Notes under the pieces: model-generated
The model's database searches: none
What the model was told of the DNA's origin: nothing
The model's input: only the letters and a program-made list of their open reading frames with translations
Shown: positions 9,735-19,408 of the stretch, piece after piece
Numbering within the stretch: the first letter of the stretch is position 1
Layout: each line of letters opens with the position of its first letter
NCBI GenBank assembly: GCA_001443395.1
Contig: LDXK01000001.1
Location: 64,001-128,000, forward strand
DNA length: 64,000 bases
DNA from: a candidate division WWE3 bacterium CSP1-7
GTDB lineage: Bacteria; Patescibacteriota; WWE3; 9FT-COMBO-53-11
Reading direction: 5' to 3'
Position numbers and translations under genes: made by a program

Positions 9735-10550
9735 TTAGTTCACCTCCAAATCAACTCTCTCTATCCTTTTTAGCTCATTGTTGAGGGAAAATTCAAGAAG
9801 AACCGCCCGAAAAACCGCCGGACCTTTTTCCACCCATTCGAACGGTTCGGCCGTTCCATCCTTAAGGCGATCAATAATTACCCGAGGCTCAACTCCCAAA
9901 ACGGAATCCCGGGCCCCGGTCATCCCAATATCGGAAACGTATCCCGTCCCCTCAGGCAGGATCGTCGGATCGGCGGTGGGGACGTGGGTGTGCGTTCCCA
10001 AAACGGCGGCCACCCGGCCGTCCAGAAAGAAACCCATGGCCCGCTTCTCACTGGTCAGTTCGGCGTGGAAATCAACGAAGACCATCTCTGCGGAAATTTT
10101 CTTCAACAACTCATCCACGGCATGGAAGGGATTCGCGACATCACCGGCGAGCCAGGTATTTCTTTTATCACTGGCGAGTTTTTCCCCCAGAAATTCCCAA
10201 CCCAAGAGGCTCACAATGGCGACCTTTTTCCCGCCTATCTCAACAATCTTGGAACCCACACCGGGCGTTGCTTCCGGCAAATTTGCCGGCCGGATGACCG
10301 GGACGGCGGGATCAGAGAAGGGCTCATTCGGATCAAGGTAAAAAATATGGTCGCCGGAAGTGAAGAGATCAACTCCTGCTTTCTGAAGTTCGCGGAGATG
10401 TTCGATTTTGGCCCCCCGGCCGTGGGTTACGTTCTCGGCGTTTGCCACCGCAAAATCGATCTTTTCTTTTTTCTTGAGATTAGGGAGAAGCTGCTCAACC
10501 GCGGCTCGGCCAATTTTTCCGACAACATCGCCGATGAAAAGAATGCGCAT
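9735..10550 (-). CDS. ymdB: YmdB-family metallophosphoesterase
   Basis: LFIGDVVG, NAEN, DFHAELTSEK, GTHTHV motifs; next to rny. Confidence 0.92.
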   Translation of the reverse strand: MRILFIGDVVGKIGRAAVEQLLPNLKKKEKIDFAVANAENVTHGRGAKIEHLRELQKAGVDLFTSGDHIFYLDPNEPFSDPAVPVIRPANLPEATPGVGSKIVEIGGKKVAIVSLLGWEFLGEKLASDKRNTWLAGDVANPFHAVDELLKKISAEMVFVDFHAELTSEKRAMGFFLDGRVAAVLGTHTHVPTADPTILPEGTGYVSDIGMTGARDSVLGVEPRVIIDRLKDGTAEPFEWVEKGPAVFRAVLLEFSLNNELKRIERVDLEVN

Positions 10551-11773
10551 TAGACTTGGGATTCAAACCGAGCTTCGCGGATCACGACCACCCTTACTCC
10601 TCCCGGTGTGACAACTTGATCCTTAATCCGCTTGCCGATCTCCTGGACCAACTGCGCCGAACGTTCATCGGAAACCTCCCCGGCCTTCACGATCACTCGA
10701 AGTTCCCGGCCGGCGGTAATCGCATAGGCATCATCAACTCCGGAAAAAGACTTGGCGATGTTTTCCAGGTCGGTCACTCGTTTGACGTACCCCTCAATAT
10801 CCTCGTAACGAGCTCCGGGACGGGAGCCGGAAATGGCATCGGCGATGTAAACCAATTCGGCTTCGATCGATTTCTTTTCCTCCCGGCCGTGGTGGGAAGC
10901 CGCCGCGTTGACCAGTTTTTCCGGAAATCCAAAACGTTCCAGAATCTTTCTGGTCAAGATGTCATGGGGCTCACCGGATTCGGAGGTTGCCACCTTGCCG
11001 ATGTCGTGAAAAAGAGCCGCGGCCTTAGCGAGCTCCACATCCGCCCCCACCTCCGCCGCCAGATAACTCACCAGCTTAACCATTTCCAGAGAGTGCTTCG
11101 CCAGATTTTGACCGTAGGAGGTCCGAAACTTGAACCGGCCTAAGAGCTCAACAATCCCGCCGGGCAGCCCTCCCAAGCCTGTTTCCAACGCCAGCTGTTC
11201 TCCTTCGCGGCGGATCTCGTGATCGATGTCACCTTTAACCGAGGAAACGACGGTTTCGATGTTCTCGGGCTGGAAGCGATCCTCCTTGATGAGCCGTTCC
11301 AGGGAGAGACGAGCGATGTGCCGGCGGACCGGGTCAAACGAGGAAATCCGCACCGCTTTCGGAGATTCCTCCAAGTCCAACTCCACTCCCGTCGCCCGTT
11401 CGAAAGCCCGGACGTTGCGGCCCTCCTTGCCGATGATTTTGCCCTTCCAATCTTCGGATGGAAGCTCCACCACCGAAACGGTAAATTCCGCCACGTAGGA
11501 AGTGGCAGCGTGCTCCATCGCAGAAACGAGAATGTCGCGGCTGCGATCCTCCGATTCCGCTTTGATCTGCTCCTCCACCTCAGCCATCCGCTGCGCTTTC
11601 TCATTCACCAACTCCTGGTCCAACTCCTTGAGAATCATCTTGCGCGCATCTTCCCGCGATAACGCGGCCGACTTCTCGAGCTCTTTCAGGTATTTTTCTT
11701 TCAGTTGTTCGACGGAGAGATTATCCGGAGACTCCGGACTTTCCGAAGGGTCTTTGATTTTTTTGTCTTTCAT
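10550..11773 (-). CDS. rny: Ribonuclease Y (no clear N-terminal membrane anchor)
   Basis: KGKIIGKEGRN KH motif, HDIG HD motif, ADAISGSRPGAR. Confidence 0.93.
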   Translation of the reverse strand: MKDKKIKDPSESPESPDNLSVEQLKEKYLKELEKSAALSREDARKMILKELDQELVNEKAQRMAEVEEQIKAESEDRSRDILVSAMEHAATSYVAEFTVSVVELPSEDWKGKIIGKEGRNVRAFERATGVELDLEESPKAVRISSFDPVRRHIARLSLERLIKEDRFQPENIETVVSSVKGDIDHEIRREGEQLALETGLGGLPGGIVELLGRFKFRTSYGQNLAKHSLEMVKLVSYLAAEVGADVELAKAAALFHDIGKVATSESGEPHDILTRKILERFGFPEKLVNAAASHHGREEKKSIEAELVYIADAISGSRPGARYEDIEGYVKRVTDLENIAKSFSGVDDAYAITAGRELRVIVKAGEVSDERSAQLVQEIGKRIKDQVVTPGGVRVVVIREARFESQV

Positions 11774-11784
11774 TTTGGTTTACC

Positions 11785-11818
11785 AAAATGCTAGGGCGTT
11801 TCTGCGCCCGTCCATTTT
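11785..11818. repeat. GAC/TAG hairpin element, copy 3
   Basis: aaaatg-CTA-g-ggcg-tttctg-cgcc-c-GTC-catttt. Confidence 0.88.
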
Positions 11819-11838
11819 TTTGCATCCTTCTTTGTAAA

Positions 11839-12861
11839 TTATACCTTTTCCCGGATCGCTTCCTCGACTTGAGAGCTCAGCTTGGAATCCTTCACGAACA
11901 TTTCCCGAGTGGCGTCGCGGCCCTGCCCCAGTTTTTTACCCTTGAATTCGTACCAGGTCCCGGTTTTGGAAAGAACCTCCAACTTCTCGCCCCAATCAAC
12001 GATTTCCCCCACCCGATCAATTCCCTCGTTGAAAATCAGATCAAATTCGGCCTGGCGGAAGGGAGGGGCAACCTTGTTCTTAACCACCTTCACTCGGACG
12101 CGCGAACCGACCGCTTCCTCCCCCTTCTTGAGGGTTGCGATCCGGCGGATATCCAACCTCACCGAAGAATAAAACTTCAGCGCCAATCCCCCCGGAGTCG
12201 TTTCCGGGTTGCCGAAGAGCACCCCGATTTTTTGCCGGATCTGGTTGGTGAAAACCATCGTGCAGTTTGTTTTGGAGAGAATGCCGGCCAGCTTTCGCAA
12301 CGCTTGGGACATCAACCGAGCCTGTCGACCCAAGTGCAGATCCCCCATCTCTCCCTCAATCTCGGCTTGCGGAGTAAGGGCCGCCACGGAATCGATCGCG
12401 ACCAGGTCCACCGCCCCGGAACGAACCAAGGTTTCGGCAATCTGCAGAGCCTGTTCCCCGGTGTCGGGTTGGGAGAGCAGCAGGTCATCCACGTTAACCC
12501 CCAACTTCTTCGAATAATCCGGGTCCAGGGCGTGTTCGGCATCAATAAACGCAGCGGTTCCGCCCGCCTTTTGAACCTGGGCGATGATGTTCAAGACGAG
12601 GGTCGTCTTTCCGGATGCTTCAGGACCAAAGATCTCTGTGACTCTCCCTTTGGGAACCCCCCCGATCCCTAGGGCAATATCCAAACCCAAGGAACCGGTG
12701 GAAATCGCCGCCACCCGGCCGGCATGAGAGGCAATGGATTCACCCAACTTCATAATCGAACCGCGACCGAAAGATTTTTCGATCTGCTCGATCGCGCTTT
12801 CCAGCGCGCGGGTTTTTCCGGAGGAAGGAGATTCGGTGGTTTTTTCTGAAGCTTTCGGCAT
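11839..12861 (-). CDS. recA: Recombinase RecA
   Basis: [27 protein letters not shown] motifs; start likely ATG 12861. Confidence 0.98.
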   Translation of the reverse strand: MPKASEKTTESPSSGKTRALESAIEQIEKSFGRGSIMKLGESIASHAGRVAAISTGSLGLDIALGIGGVPKGRVTEIFGPEASGKTTLVLNIIAQVQKAGGTAAFIDAEHALDPDYSKKLGVNVDDLLLSQPDTGEQALQIAETLVRSGAVDLVAIDSVAALTPQAEIEGEMGDLHLGRQARLMSQALRKLAGILSKTNCTMVFTNQIRQKIGVLFGNPETTPGGLALKFYSSVRLDIRRIATLKKGEEAVGSRVRVKVVKNKVAPPFRQAEFDLIFNEGIDRVGEIVDWGEKLEVLSKTGTWYEFKGKKLGQGRDATREMFVKDSKLSSQVEEAIREKV

Positions 12862-12925
12862 CCTCTTGATGGTAATGCCTTTAGGGATAGATTGCAAATG
12901 AAAAAGGAGCTAGATTTGATGTCAT

Positions 12926-13357
12926 CTAGCCCCTCACAAACATCTCCACTGCCAGCTGCACCAGTTGAGACTTGATTTCGGCCGTCATTTGGCGTGAGAG
13001 CAGTCGATAGGCGGGATGTTTCATCGCCACCACCGGCACACTGATCGCCATCGACGCCACCGCTCTCTGCGCCACGCTCCCGCATGTCAGAACCACACTG
13101 GGCTGGATGCGGTGAATGACTCGCCTCAGGTGCACCAAATCGGCCGGAAAAACTCCATCGGGAGAATCGGCCAAGGTAGGATTGGCGTTGCAGACCTTCA
13201 CTTCGAAGATATCGGTCGGCAGCGCTTCCTGGAGACGAATCCCGGTGCGCGACAGCCACAGTTCCCGGCGCCACACCCGAGGATTCCAACCGTTCGAGAG
13301 TCCTCCCTTGCGCCAAGGGCACTGGAGGACGACCAGGAGGACGGGCTTCGACTTCAT
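12926..13357 (-). CDS. Uracil-DNA glycosylase-like small protein
   Basis: VVLTCGSVA...MKHPAYR resembles the C-terminal motif of the UDG superfamily; ATGA overlap with the upstream gene. Confidence 0.5.
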   Translation of the reverse strand: MKSKPVLLVVLQCPWRKGGLSNGWNPRVWRRELWLSRTGIRLQEALPTDIFEVKVCNANPTLADSPDGVFPADLVHLRRVIHRIQPSVVLTCGSVAQRAVASMAISVPVVAMKHPAYRLLSRQMTAEIKSQLVQLAVEMFVRG

Positions 13358-13704
13358 TCCGAGTACCCTTCGTAGACGAAGAAACGGAGCACCGTGACTC
13401 TGTCGTGCCACGTCAAATCCGGATAGCGATGCCGGAGAGACTCCGCCAGGAGATAGAGATCCGAGAACCCCAGCTCCTTGACGTCCTCTTCGGGAACCTC
13501 GGCGAGGGAACAGGAATTCCGATTCCTCAAAACCGAATGGAAACCGTCTTCATCCCGATCGACCAGCACCACCGAATCGAACAGTTTCAGATCAGACTCG
13601 CCGGCAACGAGCACCGTGACCTCAATCCCAGGCTCCAGCCGCTCCTTCGAACGGATGACGGAACCATCCCCGAGACGGATCCTGGAAGTCTTGTCCGCAG
13701 GCAT
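13354..13704 (-). CDS. ASCH/PUA-like domain protein
   Basis: LAEVPEEDVKELGF...LRHRYPDL...DRVTVLRF resembles the ASCH C-terminus; AGGGGCG SD-like sequence upstream. Confidence 0.55.
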   Translation of the reverse strand: MPADKTSRIRLGDGSVIRSKERLEPGIEVTVLVAGESDLKLFDSVVLVDRDEDGFHSVLRNRNSCSLAEVPEEDVKELGFSDLYLLAESLRHRYPDLTWHDRVTVLRFFVYEGYSE

Positions 13705-13848
13705 CGCCCCTCCCTTTCCCCTTGTTTTTAGGACTTAAGTATATCCGGGAAAGTGGAAAATTCAAGGGAGAGAGGATAGAATTGGAGAAGCTTCGGGGCG
13801 TAAGGCCTTGCTTCGCAAGGACCATGCCCCCCGATTCGCCGTGCTCAT

Positions 13849-13923
13849 CGGGGCGTAGGTCATCGGTAGACCGCTCGCATGGGGTGCGAGAGGTAGTGGG
13901 TTCAATTCCCGCCGCCCCGACCA
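13849..13923 (+). tRNA. tRNA-Pro(GGG)
   Basis: CGGGGCG/CGCCCCG acceptor stem, anticodon arm CTCGC-ATGGGGT-GCGAG, GGTTCAATTCC T-arm, encoded CCA. Confidence 0.96.
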
Positions 13924-13944
13924 GATTAATCCCAGTTTGAAAGG

Positions 13945-14550
13945 TTAAGCCTTAAAGTTCTCTTCAACCTGATCCCAATTCACGACGTTCCACCAGGCCT
14001 CGATGTATTCCGGCCGGCGGTTTTGATACTGGAGATAGTAGGCGTGCTCCCAGATGTCCAAACCCAAGAGGGGGGTTAGACCCTGGGAAAGAGGCGAATC
14101 CTGGTTGGGGGTTGGCACGACCGAAAGTTTTCCGTCCCCGCTTTTGACCAACCAAGCCCAACCGCTCCCAAAAATCGCCGCGGCAGCATCGCTGAATTTC
14201 TTTTTGAAATCTTCAAAACTGCCAAATTCACTCTTGATGATACCCCCCAGATCACCGCTTGGCTCCCCTCCCCCACTTTTTTTCATCATCTTCCAGAAAA
14301 GCGAGTGGTTAAAGTGTCCCCCACCGTGATTGCGCACCGCGGTGCGAATATCTTCGGGAATCGAATTTAGGTCCTTGAGCAAGTCCTCTAGGGATTTGGG
14401 TTGCAGATCGGGGTATTTTTCCAGAGCCTTGTTCAGCTTCTCCACGTAAGTGGCGTGATGCTTGTCGTGGTGAATCTGCATCGTCTGGGCGTCAATGTAC
14501 GGTTCCAACGCGTCGTAGCTGTAGGAAAGGGGTTGGAGTTCGAAGGCCAT
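13945..14550 (-). CDS. sodA: Fe/Mn superoxide dismutase
   Basis: [23 protein letters not shown] motifs. Confidence 0.96.
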   Translation of the reverse strand: MAFELQPLSYSYDALEPYIDAQTMQIHHDKHHATYVEKLNKALEKYPDLQPKSLEDLLKDLNSIPEDIRTAVRNHGGGHFNHSLFWKMMKKSGGGEPSGDLGGIIKSEFGSFEDFKKKFSDAAAAIFGSGWAWLVKSGDGKLSVVPTPNQDSPLSQGLTPLLGLDIWEHAYYLQYQNRRPEYIEAWWNVVNWDQVEENFKA

Positions 14551-14588
14551 TGTTCTACTACTTAACACACTTTTGGCTTAAAATACAA

Positions 14589-15128
14589 ATGATGAAGCGA
14601 ATTTTTCTCGCCGTACCGGTCACTCAAAAGATTATCAGAGAATTGGCAAAAGAAATTGAGAGGCTCAAGAAATCATTACCTGATTGGGAAATAAAATGGG
14701 TCACACCGGAAAATCTTCACATCACTCTCGTTTTCTTTGGCTGGGTTAAAGAAGATCAGATAAAAAATCTCAAGACCGAGATCGAGGCATTGGTTCCAAA
14801 ATCCACACCGTTCCAAATCACGACCGGCAAATTATTCCTAAAAGTAAGACCACTATGGCTCGAAATTGAACAAGGTCGAGAGGAACTTAATCGACTCGCT
14901 GAGGAAATAGGACATCAACTGACCATTAAAGGTTCGCTCAAGGAAGAACGCGGATTCTACCCCCACCTCACTTTAGGGCGGGTTAAGAAGCGAGGCAAGA
15001 TCAAACTACCGTTGGTTCATGAAGAATTTTCTTGGAAAGCAAATCGATTAGTCCTCTACGAAAGCAGATTTGTCCGCAAACAGCGCGTTTATGAGGAGTT
15101 ATTCCCATTCCCTTTGAAAGGGAATTAA
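14589..15128 (+). CDS. thpR: RNA 2',3'-cyclic phosphodiesterase (2H family)
   Basis: Two HxT motifs (HITL, HLTL); RIFLAV start. Confidence 0.9.
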   Translation: MMKRIFLAVPVTQKIIRELAKEIERLKKSLPDWEIKWVTPENLHITLVFFGWVKEDQIKNLKTEIEALVPKSTPFQITTGKLFLKVRPLWLEIEQGREELNRLAEEIGHQLTIKGSLKEERGFYPHLTLGRVKKRGKIKLPLVHEEFSWKANRLVLYESRFVRKQRVYEELFPFPLKGN

Positions 15129-15220
15129 AACAGGCCTGTTTTATTATATATAGTATACTATTAGATAACGGGGCTTGACTAGAGCAGTTTTGGCAGTTCT
15201 ATCCTTTAGCGCTTGGAATA

Positions 15221-15290
15221 TTGGACGCGACCTTGTCGCTAGAAATTTTGCGAAGCAAAATTTAACGGCCGCGGACGCATCCTAGCAGTA
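15221..15290. repeat. GAC/TAG hairpin element, copy 4, plus an AT-rich palindrome and a collapsed copy
   Basis: ttg-GAC-g-cgac-ctt-gtcg-c-TAG-aa; aattttgcgaagcaaaatt; GGACGcatcCTAGCA. Confidence 0.7.
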
Positions 15291-15297
15291 TTCTTCG

Positions 15298-15702
15298 CTA
15301 ACGCTTCGAATACTGTGGCCGCTTGCGGGCTTTCTTGAGGAAATATTTCTTTCTCTCTTTTTCGCGGGGGTTGCGAGTCATCAAGCCGGCATCGCGCAAT
15401 GGCTTGCGCAGGTCTCCATTGAAAAGGACGAGAGCTCGGGAAATTCCCAAGACGATAGCGTCCAATTGACCAACCTTACCTCCCCCCTCCGCCCGGGCAA
15501 CAAAGTAAAATTTATCTTCCGTTCCGGTCGCTCTGTAAGGCAAAACCAACTTGGCTTGGAAAGAATCAATCGGAAAATATTTAGAAACGGGGGTGCCGTT
15601 CACAGTTGATTCCCCTTTTCCGGCGAACAACCGGACCGTGGTGGTCGCTTCCTTCCTTCGGCCGATCGCTTGATAAAATTTTCCTTGCTTTTTTTCTGAC
15701 AT
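15298..15702 (-). CDS. rpsI: 30S ribosomal protein S9
   Basis: GRRKEA, GGGKVGQ, KARKRPQYSKR motifs. Confidence 0.97.
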   Translation of the reverse strand: MSEKKQGKFYQAIGRRKEATTTVRLFAGKGESTVNGTPVSKYFPIDSFQAKLVLPYRATGTEDKFYFVARAEGGGKVGQLDAIVLGISRALVLFNGDLRKPLRDAGLMTRNPREKERKKYFLKKARKRPQYSKR

Positions 15703-15703
15703 T

Positions 15704-16162
15704 TTATTTCTTTAAAATGCTAGGTTCGGCGTTAGCCGAGCCGTCCATTTTTACCTTACCGATCATCTCCCCTTCTTCCCCGGGGTACACGAATAGCCGG
15801 GTGATCATTCTACTGCCAAGTTTGTTCTTGGGCAGCATTCCCAACACCGCATGGCGGATAATCTCCTGCGGCCGCCGCTTCCTTAACTCTCCTAGATTCT
15901 CCGATTTTAATCCGCTCGGGTACCCGGAGTAGCGGAAGTAGCGCTTTTGGGTTTCTTTCTTGCCGGTTACCTCAATTCTGGCCGCATTTTTAACGACAAC
16001 GTAATCTCCCTGGTCGAGATAAGGAACCCAATCCGTTTTCTCCTTTCCAATTAGGAGTCGGGCAATTTTGGTCGCCAGGCGACCCAGGACCTGATCTTTG
16101 GCATCGAAGAGGTACCAACTTCGTTCGACTTTATCTTCACTTCGCTTTTGCGGTTTTGGCAT
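15704..16162 (-). CDS. rplM: 50S ribosomal protein L13
   Basis: LGRLAT, GDYVVVKNA, GMLPKN motifs. Confidence 0.96.
   Translation of the reverse strand: MPKPQKRSEDKVERSWYLFDAKDQVLGRLATKIARLLIGKEKTDWVPYLDQGDYVVVKNAARIEVTGKKETQKRYFRYSGYPSGLKSENLGELRKRRPQEIIRHAVLGMLPKNKLGSRMITRLFVYPGEEGEMIGKVKMDGSANAEPSILKK
15714..15751. repeat. GAC/TAG hairpin element, copy 5, inside the rplM 3' end
   Basis: aaaatg-CTA-g-gttcggc-gtta-gccgagc-c-GTC-catttt. Confidence 0.88.
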
Positions 16163-16553
16163 TTTTTGTTCCTTTCTTGGTAGGCTTTTTCACGCTCCCA
16201 GTTTTAGCTACCACCTTCGGCTTTGCTTTCGCCGGTTTGATCTCTTCGACAAATTCCACCCGCGCCTGCGGTGCCCGGTCGCCGCGCCGATAGGAGAGTT
16301 TAACAACTCGGACGTAGCCCCCGATCCGTTGGCTGAATTGGGGAACAATCTGGTCGATGAATTTCTGCGCCGCTCCCTTCTTGGTAAAAAGCGCCAGGGC
16401 CTTCCGCCTGGTAACAAGATTCAAATTTTTGGAACGCGAAATTAGTCGGTCAATTTCCCGTTTGAGAGCTTTTGCCTTGGCTTCGGTTGTGACAACTTTT
16501 TCGGAAGAGACCAGAGAGGTGAGGAGTTGGCGCATCGGTGACGATCCTTTCAT
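16137..16553 (-). CDS. rplQ: 50S ribosomal protein L17
   Basis: TTEAKAK, GGYVRVVK, RRGD motifs; position after rpoA. Confidence 0.92.
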   Translation of the reverse strand: MKGSSPMRQLLTSLVSSEKVVTTEAKAKALKREIDRLISRSKNLNLVTRRKALALFTKKGAAQKFIDQIVPQFSQRIGGYVRVVKLSYRRGDRAPQARVEFVEEIKPAKAKPKVVAKTGSVKKPTKKGTKNAKTAKAK

Positions 16554-16556
16554 AAC

Positions 16557-17321
16557 CTATTTCTTCTTTGAGGAGGCGCGCTTTTTGGTTGCTTTCTTGG
16601 GCTTTCCCGCCACCGCTTTCGCTTTCGGTTGAGAAGGAGATTTTTCAGGGAAAGAAGTGGCAATTTTCTCGAAGTAGCTCCTGATAAATTCCGCGGCTTG
16701 GCCGAGAGCCCGCGCCGGTTTAATGGTCCCATCGGTGGTCACTTCCAGAATCAATCGTTCAAAATTTGTTTTTCTTCCAACCCGCGCTCCTTCTGTCGAA
16801 AAAGCAACTTTTAACACCGGGGTGAAAATGGAATCCAGTGGGATTACGCCAACTTTACCGCGCTCGCGCTCTTCGGCCGGCTTGTACCCTACCCCCTTCT
16901 CGATCAGCAGGGAGAGTGAAAGCTTGGAATCTTTATCGGTCAAAGTAGCAATCTTGAGATCGGGATTAACCACCACCAGTTCCGAACTGGCTTTGATATC
17001 ACCAGCGGTGATTGTTTTCTTCCCCTTCACCTCAATGATTCCTTCGACCGGCCCGTCACCCCGGAGATTGAAGCGGATTTTTTTGAGATTCAAGATAAGT
17101 TCCACCACATCTTCCCTGATTCCCTTGATGGTGGTGAAGGGATGAGTCACTCCTTGAATGCGGACTTCGGCCACGGCTGCTCCCGGGAGAGAGGAGAGCA
17201 AAACTCTCCGCAAAGCGGTTCCCATAGTAACTCCGTAACCCTCCGGAAGAGGTTCGATCACAAATCGACCCAGATCTCCGGTTTCCTTTTCAACTTTTAT
17301 CCCAAATTCCAGTGGTTCCAT
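16557..17321 (-). CDS. rpoA: RNA polymerase alpha subunit lacking the C-terminal domain
   Basis: EPLPEGYGVTMGTALRRVLLSSLPG, EDVVELILNLK, DSIFTPV motifs; only 254 aa. Confidence 0.95.
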   Translation of the reverse strand: MEPLEFGIKVEKETGDLGRFVIEPLPEGYGVTMGTALRRVLLSSLPGAAVAEVRIQGVTHPFTTIKGIREDVVELILNLKKIRFNLRGDGPVEGIIEVKGKKTITAGDIKASSELVVVNPDLKIATLTDKDSKLSLSLLIEKGVGYKPAEERERGKVGVIPLDSIFTPVLKVAFSTEGARVGRKTNFERLILEVTTDGTIKPARALGQAAEFIRSYFEKIATSFPEKSPSQPKAKAVAGKPKKATKKRASSKKK

Positions 17322-17329
17322 TATCTTGA

Positions 17330-17360
17330 ATAGGACGCCCGCCTCAGGCGGACTAGCTAT
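17330..17360. repeat. GAC/TAG hairpin element, copy 6
   Basis: atag-GAC-g-cccgcc-tca-ggcgga-c-TAG-ctat. Confidence 0.85.
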
Positions 17361-17363
17361 CCG

Positions 17364-17945
17364 CTAACGCGAATAGTATTCGATCACCATCTTCTCGTTG
17401 ACCTCGGGACCAATTTCTTCCCGAGCCGGAAAGGCGGCGATCCTGGCAATCATTTCCTTCTTGTCCACTTTTATCCAGGAAGGACGGATCACTTCATCGT
17501 AAATGATTGCACCTTTTTTAGCAAAGGTAATTTTATCACCAACCGCAACCAAAAGCGACGGGATCGTCACTCGCCTTCCATTCACCTTCACCAAACCGTG
17601 GGCCGCCATCTGTCGAGCGTGCGGACGAGTGCTGGCAAAACCGGCACGGTAGAGCACGTTGTCCAACCGCCGTTCCAAAAGCTGGAGCAAGACTTCCCCG
17701 GTTTTTTCTTTACTGCCAAGGGCATTCTTGAAATAGCGTTGGAACTGTCCTTCCCGAACCCCATAGATCCGTTTGGCCTTCTGTTTTTCGCGAAGCTGAA
17801 GACCATACTCGGAAAGGCGACGACGGAAAGCACCGTGCTGACCGGGAGCGGACATCCTCGTTTTGACCGGACAATTGTCGCGGCCGCAGAGCGGAACGCC
17901 TTCGCGCCGGCAGAGTTTGTGGGTGGGACCGGTGTATCTACCCAT
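17364..17945 (-). CDS. rpsD: 30S ribosomal protein S4
   Basis: MGRYTGP, QLREKQK, LERRLDN, EYYSR motifs. Confidence 0.97.
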   Translation of the reverse strand: MGRYTGPTHKLCRREGVPLCGRDNCPVKTRMSAPGQHGAFRRRLSEYGLQLREKQKAKRIYGVREGQFQRYFKNALGSKEKTGEVLLQLLERRLDNVLYRAGFASTRPHARQMAAHGLVKVNGRRVTIPSLLVAVGDKITFAKKGAIIYDEVIRPSWIKVDKKEMIARIAAFPAREEIGPEVNEKMVIEYYSR

Positions 17946-17977
17946 TTAAACGCGTCTCCTGTTCTTGGGACGGGGGC

Positions 17978-18012
17978 CATTGGACGGCTCGCCTGCGGCG
18001 AACCTAGCAATG
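17978..18012. repeat. GAC/TAG hairpin element, copy 7
   Basis: cattg-GAC-g-gctcgcc-tgc-ggcgaac-c-TAG-caatg. Confidence 0.88.
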
Positions 18013-18064
18013 TCCCGCTTACTGTCTCCGAACTGAAATTTTGTCATAGTATTTTCTTTATCCA

Positions 18065-18436
18065 TTACACTCTTCGGCGGTTCTTTGGCCGCGGGCCATT
18101 GTGGGGGATCGGGGTCACATCGGTGATCGCTGTGACTTCCAGCCCACCAACTTTTAAGGCTTTGATCGCGGAATCGCGGCCGGGTCCCGGCCCCTTTACC
18201 AAAACAGAAACTTCTTTAACACCCAATTGACGGGCGGATTTCGCGATGGCCTCGGCGGCTTGAGAAGCGGCAAAGGGAGTCGCCTTTTTGGTTCCTTTAA
18301 AACCGGCCGTCCCCGCCGAGCCCCGCACGATCACTCCCCCGACCTCCTCCCCGATTGTAATCAACGTGTTGTTGAAAGTGCAGGTGATGTGGGCTACTGC
18401 TCTTTCCGGTATTTTGCGTTCTTTCTTTTTTGACAT
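18065..18436 (-). CDS. rpsK: 30S ribosomal protein S11
   Basis: [19 protein letters not shown] motifs; start ATG 18436. Confidence 0.96.
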   Translation of the reverse strand: MSKKKERKIPERAVAHITCTFNNTLITIGEEVGGVIVRGSAGTAGFKGTKKATPFAASQAAEAIAKSARQLGVKEVSVLVKGPGPGRDSAIKALKVGGLEVTAITDVTPIPHNGPRPKNRRRV

Positions 18437-18449
18437 TTTTTGTTTATTC

Positions 18450-18481
18450 AAAATGCTAGGTCGTTTCTTCGGCCGTCCATT
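18450..18481. repeat. GAC/TAG hairpin element, copy 8 (34 bp identical to copy 10)
   Basis: aaaatg-CTA-g-gtcg-tttctt-cggc-c-GTC-cat. Confidence 0.88.
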
Positions 18482-18884
18482 AGGTCTTTTCGGACTTCTT
18501 CGCCGCGATCGCGGACTTGCTCGTTCCGGCAATCGCCATCTTCCGACCTCTTCGGGTGCGGGCATTGGTCTTGGTTCTCTGCCCCCGCACCGGCAAACCC
18601 CGGGCGTGTCTCATTCCTCGATAGGACCCGATCTCTTGGAGACGCTTAATATTATTAGCCGTTTCGGCTGCCAGTTCTCCCTCCACCCGGTAACCGCTCT
18701 TCTGAATTACCTCCCTAATCTTACCAACCTGTTCCTCCGAGAGATCTTTGACACGGATCTCGGGTGACACTCCGGCTTCCGCGATAATTTTTTTGGCCAA
18801 AGTGGTACCGATCCCCCGGACGTAGGTGAGGGCCACCTCCACTCGCTTTTCAACCGGTAAATCAACTCCTTCAATTCTTGACAT
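18480..18884 (-). CDS. rpsM: 30S ribosomal protein S13
   Basis: [24 protein letters not shown] motifs. Confidence 0.97.
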   Translation of the reverse strand: MSRIEGVDLPVEKRVEVALTYVRGIGTTLAKKIIAEAGVSPEIRVKDLSEEQVGKIREVIQKSGYRVEGELAAETANNIKRLQEIGSYRGMRHARGLPVRGQRTKTNARTRRGRKMAIAGTSKSAIAAKKSEKT

Positions 18885-18926
18885 TTTTATCTTTTAATCA
18901 TCCTTGGACTGTCCTCGCTAAAGCTC

Positions 18927-18959
18927 GGTTGGACGGTCGCCTTAGGTGACCTAGCAATC
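18927..18959. repeat. GAC/TAG hairpin element, copy 9
   Basis: ggttg-GAC-g-gtcgcc-tta-ggtgac-c-TAG-caatc. Confidence 0.88.
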
Positions 18960-18995
18960 TCTCTACACTCGATTGTACAAACATAGTTCTTATAG

Positions 18996-19109
18996 TCATC
19001 CTTGTCTCTGTTTGTGCTTGGGATTCTTGCAAACGACGTAGAGACGCCCCTGGCGCTTAATAATCTTGCAATCTCTGCAAATTTTTTTAACTGATGCTCT
19101 AACTTTCAT
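18996..19109 (-). CDS. rpmJ: 50S ribosomal protein L36
   Basis: Hand translation [37 protein letters not shown]. Confidence 0.97.
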   Translation of the reverse strand: MKVRASVKKICRDCKIIKRQGRLYVVCKNPKHKQRQG

Positions 19110-19155
19110 TTTCTTTTGAAAGATAGCGATTTCTCATCGCGTCCTTTCATCGTTT

Positions 19156-19398
19156 CTATTTGCTTCGGTAAACAATTCTTCCCCGATTGGGATCGTAGGG
19201 GGATAACTCCACCCGAACCGAATCACCAAGAAGAACTTTGATGCGGTGGATGCGCATCTTCCCGGAAATATGAGCGAGAACCTCCCGGCCCTCCTCCAGC
19301 TCAACCCGAAAAAGAGCATCAGGCAGGGTTTCTTTGACAATCCCGCTCAGTTCCGCTCTTTCTTTCTTTCCAGAAGAGAAACCCTTTGTTTTTACCAT
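19156..19398 (-). CDS. infA: Translation initiation factor IF-1
   Basis: [21 protein letters not shown] motifs. Confidence 0.97.
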   Translation of the reverse strand: MVKTKGFSSGKKERAELSGIVKETLPDALFRVELEEGREVLAHISGKMRIHRIKVLLGDSVRVELSPYDPNRGRIVYRSK

Positions 19399-19408
19399 AT
19401 CAATCCTG

